Source: the human T2T-CHM13v2.0 reference genome, Homo sapiens. Taken from it: a stretch of 64,000 bases of DNA. Positions 53,431-64,000 of this stretch are shown here, one piece after another. How positions within the stretch are numbered: the stretch's first letter is position 1; each line of letters starts with the position of its first letter. The translations under genes and the position numbers were made by a program. The notes under the pieces were generated by a model. That model was not told the origin of the DNA. It did not search any database and saw nothing but the letters and a program-made list of their open reading frames with translations. The DNA lies in the NCBI RefSeq assembly GCF_009914755.1, contig NC_060929.1; one strand, written 5' to 3'.

Positions 53431-54822
53431 TATATAAATCATACCAAATTATTTCAATGCTACATTTAATTTACTTACATGTGCTAATCCACTATGTACC
53501 CAAATATAAGGAAATGATAGCATAAAGAAGAAGGTGTCATAAACAGAAGTTTATTTATCTAAATATTTTCCATAATCTCAAACACCATGATGATACTTTG
53601 ACATTCAATCACTTTTTCTCATTTTTCTGGGAGCATAATTTTTTCTTAACTGTTTTACTTTTTACTAATAATTTTCAAGTTTAAAGAAAATTGCTGTTTT
53701 CTATAAAATTACATAAAACAAAAATGTCCAAAAATAAGAAAAATTATGGCCTGTGTAGCATCATCAATACTTGCCAAATGATCAATTACATAGAAAATAC
53801 CCAATAACTTACAAATAAACTTTTTCCCCAGTCTTAATAATGACAGGGTCAAACCAAAAACAGCACTTTATGGAGAGATATTATAATATTTAGAAATGTT
53901 GTTTGTATAATTATTAATAAGTATACATTAAAATGAGTGCATTAATCTTTTAATTTGGTTCTATTTATCTACTGACTCATTCAACAAACTATCATTTTAT
54001 GAAATATAAACATTTATGCAAATTTTATATGAAATTATAAAAATCAAGGGAATTACAGGCTTACAACATTCCCTCATTCTAGGTTTATTATTTTAACACA
54101 TTTTTGGAGAGAGAAAAAGAGAGACAGAGACAGAGAAACAATTTAGTTAGCATCAAATAATTCACCTCCATTCTGAAAAACTAACCTGGGGAAAAGATGA
54201 GAATAACCAGGCAATAGTGAATGTAGATATTTGCCTAGAACATTTGATCCCAACATTTACAGTTTTGGTAGCAGTGTGCTTTTGGTTCCGTGAGAAGAAA
54301 AGTGAGGTCAGAATCCACTGATCTGGCAGTTTCTTTGGTTTCATAATAAACATCCCAGTGGTTTAAGCAAAAAGTAGGAGTAGAGCATAGGGCAGGATGA
54401 GAGTGTGGAATTTTGTTAATTTCCTGCTCTCGATTTGGGTGTCTAATAGATACTTTTCTGAATTAAAAAATGTTTTCAGTGCTCTAAAGTCAGAGCAAAA
54501 TCAATATGCTTTGAATCACTTGTGTCACCCTAGATCTTCCAGGAATCAAGATGAATATGGGCAGGTGGGGTGTACCATGGACTTGCTAGTTGGCCAGTTG
54601 TTGACATTTTTTAAGTCTCTCAAATACAATTACATCTGAAATTGTAATTGATAAATATTTCTAAAATATAGAGCCAAGTATCTCTAGAGTGCTGGTAGGA
54701 AAAAAGTTAACTGGAGACTACTGGCTATGAAAAATATAATACAGAAAATTTGTCTTGTGGAGGAATTATCATTCTAACATTTATTAGGACAACTTAAATA
54801 TTATAAAGAAAGTTCCCTGTAA

Positions 54823-54953
54823 GTAAGATACCATATGTCCTCACTTTTCTAGTATGTTTCACAACATTATTCCTGTTTCTTGGTTTTATTAATAATAGTA
54901 CCATTTTGTTCATAAGCAGTCTAAGTTTGGATGATAAAACACATGGTTACCCT
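54823..54953 (+). mobile_element. MER94-like hAT DNA transposon
   Basis: accatatgtcc ... agtttggatgataaaacacatggttacccta. Confidence 0.6.
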
Positions 54954-57939
54954 ACTAATAGGACTTTAGGATCATAGATGCTTGGGCAATATGGGCATAG
55001 AGTATTCTAAGGTGAACCTCCTATTTTCAGACATGATAAAATGACATAGGGCTCAATATCAAATGGTGACATGATATATTTTGATATTCAACTGCTTCTA
55101 AAAATGATATTAATAAAGATAAGAAAATCCTAAGGTAATGAAATTATGTAAAAATTGTGTGAACAAGGCACTAAGTATGTATGCATTGTGTAACTGGTGA
55201 AAATAAACCTTTGGCTACATAACCTTTACTGGTTATTTTCATGATTGCATTACATTTTTAAAATTATGAAAAAGTAAGATCCAAAAGTTTCTCTGACTCA
55301 GGTCTCCATGAATGGTGAGTATTAGGGATTTCTAGTCTTATAAAAGGTAAGATTAATGTTTGACTATCAGCACACTATCTTTTGTCATTCTGCACAAAAC
55401 TTTTAACTTTGGAATATCGTTTTGCACTAGTAAACCATTGGGAGCTTGTACTCACATTATCCTCAGCTCCAAATGAGCTCACTTGGTTAAATGGTGCAAA
55501 TTAGGAAGCAAGTTTTATGAAATTTGAAAATCTTAAGTGAAAATGATAAAGAAAGAAATGAAGGTGCCCAGCAAAAGACCCAGTGAAATCAGTGGCTTGC
55601 AAAGTGTTAAATGTGTTTATTTGCACTTTCAAAGTTCAAATTTCCTCATACATTTTCATACTGATGGAGATAAAATGCTAAAGTCTTAAATCCCTCTATG
55701 CCATGCTGAGTTGCTAAGGGCTGTTGAGTTTTTGTTATTTCTCCTCTCGAGTTAGCTCTGATTATGCCTGCTGAGTGAAAAATTTGTATTTGCCGACAGA
55801 AATAGGAACCACCCCACGTGCACTTGCACTCAGCAAATGTTCCAATACATCACAAAGATTTGCTCAACCCACCTTCAGAGGCCAAATCGAGCATGTTATT
55901 TTCTGTTTAGATCTGATTCTGGAGCCTATCAGTCAGGAGTGTTTTCCAATCTCTGATTAAAGCAAGGCCTACAAAGCTGGAAGTGTTCACACACAGTCTC
56001 ATTAGAGCACTGGATAGAGTGACCCAGGCCTTCTAGCACAAAGCTCTGAGTGAACTTCAAATATGAGAGTGCATCAATCAAATCCAAGCAACGCTTTTAT
56101 GTCATTTTTCTACTTTGCCTTTAAAGTCCTATAGGAATGCCCTTTCCAGCTGTACAGCCGAAATGCATTCAATAGAAACAAAAAAGCAAAGACCCCCCCC
56201 AACCCCCTGACCCCTCCAAATGGGTATAATTTTTACCTCCCCCACAAAGCATTAGAGAGTCTTCTGGCATTTTAAATTATTTAGCATGTTTAACAATACA
56301 ACGGAGAATATATTCGCATCACTCAATGCCTCTGTATTAATTATTAGTGCCCATTTGAAAGGGAAACCAATAAGGTCAAAGGCAATGAGATTGCGTATTG
56401 TATGTTTTAAATAGAGGTAGCTGAGAGATTGGGGGAAAAATAAAGCAATGCTGCTGGAGCTTTTTTATGCCCTGCCCCCAATTTTTGCTTTTTTGGTGTT
56501 GTCTTAGATCATTAAGAAAACAAAAAAGCAAAAGAATAAAATGAAAAAGGATCACCAAAAATCGTGGCAAGAAAGATGATAAGGCGTAAGTCTGAGAAAG
56601 AGGAGTGAGGCATTTAATGTTTGTTTTACATGCTGCTCAGGGCACTAGAGTCATTTTCAAAGACACATTTTTAAAAGATACGCATAAAGGCAAACAATAT
56701 AAATTTGTCCGCTAATATCATTAGAGGAAAATGCATGGGTGCAGTTAGTAGTGATTATTAAATTTAAGAACTTTTCCTCCAAACATTGCGCCAAAAAACA
56801 TTATACCACAACATCAGTATGAATTGAATAAAATGAGCTTTCGAATTCTGAAAAACAAAATAATTTAAAAGAAGAAAATAAATCTTCACTACAGAGTAGA
56901 TAAAGTTTCCTGAATTTTATACCTCTTTGTGAATAAGTGAATAGTTCAACTATGGAAGATAATCTATCTTGATCCAATTAGGAAAAGCAATGTACCAAAA
57001 GTATAGTGCACGTTGTAATATAGGGCAAATAAATCGTTTATTCAAGGGAATTCCCTGTGTGTATACATTTGTTTCCATTTCTAGTTTTTTAGGCAAATAC
57101 TAACCACAAATAGCACTTCACCCACTCAAATATATTGCAGCATGTAAAAGAGTGCTTGAATTTAGAGCAATATATATATATTTTTTAATTCAGCATGTGT
57201 TTCTTTACAGGGCTTCAGATGTTTGGAAGAATTATGCAGATTTTATAAATGAGTACTAGAGCATTATGCTACTTGATAGTGTCCCATCTGTGCTTCCCCT
57301 GTAGTGTTTGATGGGGCATCTGTGTAAATTGCTTTCTTTTTTTAGTTAATTAGTTTATTGCATAAAACTTAATGCGCTACCTGATAAAAACTTTTGTTCA
57401 TTTCAGCACTTTTCCCCTCTGGAGCTGATGTTCATCTTTAGTTCTTATCAGGCCTAACTTCTTCCTTTGTAGCTTCCTAGACTGAAATAACAAAATAATG
57501 CTGTTTTCCTCTCTATTTTACCAGGCATATTGGATTCTGTTTCTGTGATAATAAATATTAAGATTGTAACTAATAATTTAAGTTGATTACCTCAATATTT
57601 CATATATTTTAACATAGCTTCCCAACAAAAATATTTTCTAATATATTTTTAAAGGACATTTTAAGATTTTTTTTAAAGGAAACCAACTTCCCAGAGAACA
57701 AATATACACAGTCAAGAAGTGTGTACAACCAATCCTTTTCTCTTGAAGGTATTCCTGCCTCCATTTAAACTGTTTAAGTTATGTTGGTATAGGACCACAA
57801 ATCTTGTTGAAATGCAATAAAAAAAACAAAACACATTATAAAATCAGCTTCTCATTTTAATCTTGTTTAGTAAAAAAAATCAGAACTCTTAAATTATAAA
57901 CTACATTTTTCACTTACATCTCAATATTTGTCCTCTGGA

Positions 57940-58240
57940 GAAGCAATGTGAGCTGAGGGAAGGAGGCATCCAAGACAGGAAAGAAAAATATCAAAAAATT
58001 TTATAGGCAATATCAATCACTGGGTAAAGGAATAGGTTCTGAATCAACATATATGAGCTGTGTAACACTGGGAATTTTTTTTCACACCTCTATACTCCAC
58101 TTTCCTTATCTTTGAAATGATCTCATAGTGATATTTACCACATAGAGCACTTGTGAGTATGAAATGAGTTTATATTTGTCAGTGCATAAAACAGTATCTG
58201 GCATGTAACAATTGCTCAAAAAAAAAAAACATTGGCTATT
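57940..58240 (+). mobile_element. MIR SINE
   Basis: agctgtgtaacactggg..cctctatactccactttccttatctttgaaatg..acagtatctggcatgtaaca..gctcaa. Confidence 0.65.
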
Positions 58241-58731
58241 ACCGGGTTAATTTTGGTGAGAACAGCTATTTTGCTACAAATATAGGTAACAATAGTTAAC
58301 TTCATATATCTGAAAGAAGTCACTGTTATTTTTCCAAAAATTAAAACACCTATTTTTATGTAAGATAGAATATTTAATTCAGAAGACTAATCTTAGCTAT
58401 TTTGTAAGATATATCGCCTTTTAAGAATAACCAAGAGGACAATGCTTTAGAAATAAATCCTATTTTATAAATCTTTTAAATTGAAGACTTGGCACACAGT
58501 CTGCCAGTTTCGAATTACACAAAAGCTTTGATTTAGTGCTGTTTATTTATTTTTCTATCATGATGGTCATTGTATATGTGAGATCCTTATGTCTTAAATA
58601 CCATATAGGTAGACATTTTTGCACTTATAAGACCAGAAAAATTATTTATCCAGTGATACTATTTATTTAGTGGACCCTGACATTATAATTCATCTATAAT
58701 ATGATGTGCTAGTATTTGTGCTCCATTGTGC

Positions 58732-58806
58732 TCTCAGTCCAATAGATTATATATCTAGATTATATATATTACAGATATAGATTATATATAATCTATTGGA
58801 CTGAGA
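58732..58806. repeat. Perfect 23-bp inverted repeat, 29-nt spacer
   Basis: tctcagtccaatagattatatat (58732-58754) / atatataatctattggactgaga (58784-58806). Confidence 0.95.
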
Positions 58807-59427
58807 TTATAATAACATAAATTTGAGTTTCATCTTGAATTTACCTTACCTAAAGTCTTGGAAAGCCTGTCAATGAAGTGTGCTCTTGTTCATCTAAAAA
58901 AGTCAATGCAAGTGAACCAGCTAGAAAGTAGAATCTGGAACAACTTTTCAATATGTGAAAGTCAAAATCAAAATGTCAACTACTCTGACTTGGAGAAAAT
59001 TGAGTTATCCACTAAACCCTCACACTATATAAATGGATAAGAATTCAGTAAACTCCAAGAGGGTTCTTAAACTCACATATTATATCTATTCTGTCCAATA
59101 GCATAAAAAGTTTAAAAGTTGTTCCATAGGATGGAAATACTTGTAAGCATCTTGCCTCAAGGTTTAAAATATAAAAGTTTCTAACAGTTACTTAACACAT
59201 AAGAAAAAGAAAATACAATTTGACACCAGTCATAAAATCTATTGAAGAAAGAATATTTGTAGTCATAGCTTGCCTTTCCTGTGTGAAAAATGATGCATAA
59301 TACAATCTTAATTGAGAAGCAATAGTGATAATTCACATTAAGTGTACCAGATATTCTAAAATTTGGTCTCTACATTTTCTCTTCTTTTCTTGGTAATATC
59401 ATCTTAACAAACACCAGAAATTGAAAA

Positions 59428-59428
<1 letters not shown>

Positions 59429-59468
<40 letters not shown>
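59429..59468. repeat. (CA)20 microsatellite
   Basis: Uninterrupted CA run. Confidence 0.97.
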
Positions 59469-59471
<3 letters not shown>

Positions 59472-62400
59472 CATAGTGAAATGTTAACATCAAATTAAAA
59501 ATTTCTAAAGTTTGGAGAGATTTAAGTAATAAGAAATATTTTATGGAAATCAAATCTATATATGACTTCCCAGCCATTGATGATTCTTAATGGCATGTGA
59601 GATTGACAATTACTTAGTTTTCCCTTGATAGAATAAGCAGTTATTAATCACATACCTTTGCTTGGTATTCCACATTGTGCTATAAGAGCTACTTGAAGAT
59701 TTCTGGATTCCATCCTTACAATTTATGTATTACAAACAAATACTGCTTTGGAAAAGTTGGACCAACTTATTTTTTCTAAGCTTTATTCTATCTATTTGGC
59801 AAGATGTTCAAGATCCTTGGTAAATATGTTAAAATTAAGGGCCTCTTCTCTAAAAGCAAAATAAGTCATAATCACAGGTCTGAGATCATCTCCACGTTTT
59901 AGCCAACCTGGTTAACTTCTCTTTCTTTAATAAAATTCCACCATAGTTTAATTTTTAAGATGGCATACCTTTTCTAAAGTAACACTCCTTAATTTTATAT
60001 TTGTGAAAACATATAATTCTGTTTCTCTCTCCAGTATTGTCACTATGAATTTTTGTATCCAAAAGAGAAGAAAAGAGACTAGTTTTTCAAAAACAGAAAC
60101 TGTTATAGAGTAATTGGAATTGGTCAAATGAGAAATCAAATACACACACCGCCAGTAGCACTGACAAAGCAAAAAGTATCCAGCCAAAGTTAAAGAATTT
60201 CCTAAATTTGCTAATCATTATTTTTTAGACCAAGTTTCCACCCACCTACCCCCACCATTATATCAGGTTGAAGAGTCTAAAAGAAGATAGACCCAAAAGA
60301 GCAGTTTAAAATGCTTTAATTTTTTTAAATGTGATACTGTTCTTTTTAAGGGTTCTTTCATATGTGATCAGTCAGAGATACTGACTTTTGTGAGTTAACA
60401 CAAAAGTGAAATCGCACTTTTAAGTGCTGTCTCTCTTTGGAGATTTAATGTGCTTTGTAATATCTCTGAGATCAGTCAGGGAGAGACGAGAAGAAAGAAA
60501 TTTGATTTTGAGTCTGGACCAAAGCTCGGTGACTTGAGAGGCACCTAAACATAATGAAAAGGAAGAAGTTTCAAAGAGAAAGTTGGCAGCTATGACCAGA
60601 ATCCACAGGGCTAGCAGGACTGACATCAACCAGAGGCAGATTTAGAGGGGTACCCTATGATCTCTCTTGATACCATTGACACTTCAAGCCCAGTTTCATT
60701 GGGGAGCAGTCCAGTAAAAGAACATCTCCAAAGAACACAGCATGGTTGCAGTATTGAGAAAGACATGAAAATGCAGGCACCAAGGGCCTAACGCTGTCCT
60801 TTTCTCCTCCAAAGATCACATACATCTGGGGAAAGCAAAAGTCAACATCTGAAACGTGCTTTTTTCAAGCTTGACTTAAGTGATATAAAGTTGGCCGTAT
60901 AATAGCTAGATGCTTACCTTTGTGACCTAGGTTCAGTCTAATCTAAGAACAAGTTATTAGCTGATTCCTGGTAGTCTTCACTTATCTCCTGGTGAATAAC
61001 TTTCTACCTCATTTTTTTTTAATTAAATTAACCATCAGCTAAATGTGTGTCAAATATTGAAAATCAGCACAGAGCACCCCCATTGCTTTGTTTGCTTCCA
61101 ATGTTTTCAATGATCTATGGATTTCTGACGTTTCTGAAGGTTGCAATTTATGCCCAAATAGCTACGTATGAAATGTAAATTCTAAACTTGGTATAGAAAT
61201 ACCTAAACAAAAAATAATAACAATAGTGATCAGTAAAGTAAAGAAATCATACAAATATTTTAAGCTAGAATGTGTTTGTTGACAAAAGAGGTGGGTGCTT
61301 AAGTTCCACAGGTAATGACTTAGATACCCATTCCGCTTACACAGTATAAGAAAATAAAATATTTAGAACAGTGGATTTTAACCACATGTGAGATTTGAAA
61401 ATTACAGACCAAATAGATTTATCATGATGATGTCTATGATAAGATGGCATCTCACTCCAGTGATGTGGGCTAAATTAATTGAACTGTAACTACAGAAAGT
61501 TTTATACATTTGCTTACATTAGATTTATGTTCAAAATAAATAAAATAATTGAGTTACCTGTCAAAATAACTAAGGTAAAAAAAATACCACTTTTAGCCTA
61601 GATACTCAGACAATAATTACAAAGACCTAATAATTACCATTTCGATTTTACTTATACTTCTTCATAAAAATTACTGATTTAGGATATATCTTCATGACAT
61701 CAAAATATCTGATCAATTTGACATAAAGACTCATTTAAATTTAGTAAAATAATAGTCAAATCTTTCATAGAACATTAAATGAAATATTTTGTTTTAGGGG
61801 ATTATGAAAGCATTTTGTGTGTACTTTCAAAGTTCTTTAACTAGAGCAGAATTTTAAGAAACTGAAAACTTCCATACAGAAAAGTCAATATTGTAATTTT
61901 ACTATTATCTAATGTATCTTTTTGGTGAAACCAATCCTAGAGAAATTCTTGAGAATTCATATTTTTTGAGGTAACAAAAATTTGTCTTTTTTAAATTATG
62001 AAATAAGGTGATATAACAATATGTGATTTTAATCTAGCAAGAAGCTGAATTTATGGAGTTTCTTTCCCTATTGTAAAAAGTCAAATAAGATTATCTGATG
62101 GTGTTCTAAATATCGGCAGGAACACATGATTATACCATATAATGTAAGAAATTCAGATATTAGAAAGGTATTTTTTAGTACATAGGTTAAATATCAATGA
62201 TATGGTTAGTAAATTAAGTTATAAAAGTGTTCTTTTGTGTATTACAAGTATTAAAATAAAACAAAATTTTTATTTTTTAGTGTTCCAACCTTTTCTATCC
62301 CTTTTAGAAATGTGCTTTTAGGCATTTCTTTTTCTTCTTCAAATCTAAAAAAGTATTTTATGCTAACCTGGAGTACCTAAACTAAATGTAATCCTTGGTT

Positions 62401-62809
62401 ATATTTTGAAAAGGCTATATTTTGTTCTGTACAGAACTAGCACTCTCAGGAACCACATACCCTAGATATGAGTTTATAATTTTGGGCATGCACTATTATT
62501 AGCCAACTCAAATTCTATCCAAAATAAATATGTTCCTGTTAGTGTTGAGTATGCCTTTTCTATCCCTTACTCTAGATTTCAAATAGCTAGTTATAATTTT
62601 AATATTCTGTGAGCTTCCTATAAATAATGTCTGTGATTTCTTTGTAAAGTATCTGTATATACCAATCATGTATATATACTCATAAAAGTAAACTAACAGG
62701 AGGAAACATGATCCTATGGCAAACATTGAGAGTAATAAATGTTTTTCCTCTATTCTTATAAGAGAATAGCTGTTTTTATAAATGTATCCATATGAATTTG
62801 ATGTTAATT

Positions 62810-63020
62810 ATTTAATCCCACAAACATTTATTCAATATTTACATACCAGGTTCTGAGGATCCAGAAATGAACAAAACAGATGAAGTTCCTATTCCCATAG
62901 AGCTTACATTCTAGTGAGAGGAGATATATATTAAATAGATAAACAAATGATTATTATATATCTGTTATTGATAAATTATATGAATAAGAGGAAGGCAGGG
63001 CACAAGAATAGAAGGAGAAT
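62810..63020 (-). mobile_element. LINE-2 3' end
   Basis: caaacatttattcaatattt..gaaatgaacaaaacagatgaagttcctattcccatagagcttacattctagtgag. Confidence 0.75.
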
Positions 63021-63696
63021 GTAGTGCAACCATGATTAATTTTATGATCCAACAAATATTAATATAATGGTCTTTCTCCAGTTGGGTTTGCTCTCATAAC
63101 AAGTCTCCAGCTCAGTAAGAGTGAATTTTGTTTTGCCTAGAATATAAAGTGGAAGGAAATAACAAGGGAATTTTAGCCAGGGAAAGTGATTGATGTTCTA
63201 TGGCCTAAAATAGTTCCTAATGATAAAACATTAAGACTCCAATTCAACTAACACATATTGGACATAATTATATGAAGGAATTTAATTTACGTGTACATTT
63301 CCCGTTATATAAATGGTCATTTTGGTGCCTGCTATTCTTTAAGTAATTGTGATTTATACTCCACAAAACATTATGTGATCAAACAAGTTAACATTCTTAT
63401 CCTTGAGTCTCTTTTATTGCTATATTGTTGAATACACCATTACAAGGCAATGAATTTATTAGAGTAGTATTGATCCATGTGCTCTGTTTAGTTTGGTGAT
63501 TACTAAAATCACTGTTAACATATGGGTGAGTCTTAGTTTCCAAAAAGGCCCAGTGAGGAATTTATTTCTAAATTTTAGTTACTTTATTATTAGTAGCTTT
63601 ATCTTTACATTCAAACCTTTAAAATGACCCATTGTTTCAAATTAAACATTATTCTCAAAATAGTATTGCACTTCTTGATTTCACAAAATTTGTTTC

Positions 63697-63728
63697 GTTT
63701 TTTGTTTTATTTTGTTTTGTTTTGTTTT
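63697..63728. repeat. (TTTTG)n repeat
   Basis: Tandem ttttg units with one interruption. Confidence 0.8.
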
Positions 63729-64000
63729 ACTAATATATGGATGAGGGTGATAAAAATATTCTGGGTATTAAATCGTATCAAATTGTCTTCAACATAATCC
63801 ACCAAAAGGAAAATGATTAATAAAGAGATTTATTAACTGTCACCAATTTTTTAACTCATACTCCTTAAGTAGCTTATGTAGTTAAATAAAAAGTATGATT
63901 GTCATGATTTGTAATTACTGCTTTCAAAGTACACCAATTTATTTTCATGAGCTAAGTTAGTAAGCCTATAACTTCTCAAGATTCTCTTTGAAACAATTCA

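Noticed and set aside
60630-60810. Possible hAT-Tip100-like terminus (cagaggcagatttag)
   Set aside because: No matching opposite terminus or internal similarity that I could confirm.
61424-61520. C-box-like ATGATGA (also 36189, 49716, 53587) suggesting intronic C/D snoRNAs
   Set aside because: No CTGA D box with a terminal stem at a suitable distance.

Overview
AT-rich, CpG-poor primate (most likely human) genomic DNA with no credible protein-coding gene. Every listed ORF is either chance or derived from Alu/L1/L2/MIR/LTR sequence. Much of the window is interspersed repeat: a nested L1MB-type element, two L1PA 3' ends, seven Alus (J, S and Y), THE1C, MLT1, LTR41, MER53/MER94/MER104 and many L2/MIR fragments. 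Between the repeats are repeat-free islands (~1-2.5 kb, ~22.5-23.2 kb, ~36.1-39.2 kb, ~48.2-48.8 kb, ~55.4-57.5 kb). Two of these carry strong + strand splice signals that outline a spliced non-coding transcript: candidate exons ~413-1124, 36322-36737 and 38781-~39200. From memory, the layout resembles the interior of the neural lncRNA/circRNA locus RMST (12q23), between its hosted miR-1251 and miR-135a-2; neither miRNA is in this window. That assignment is unverified recall. Second-look items are AG|GT (recursive-splice-like) sites and cryptic exons, several perfect inverted repeats (one pre-miRNA sized), a template-switch-like rearrangement in an AluY, and enhancer-like motif clusters. I do not see a genuinely new multi-component biological system. 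All repeat calls were made by eye from remembered consensus sequences, so boundaries are approximate.
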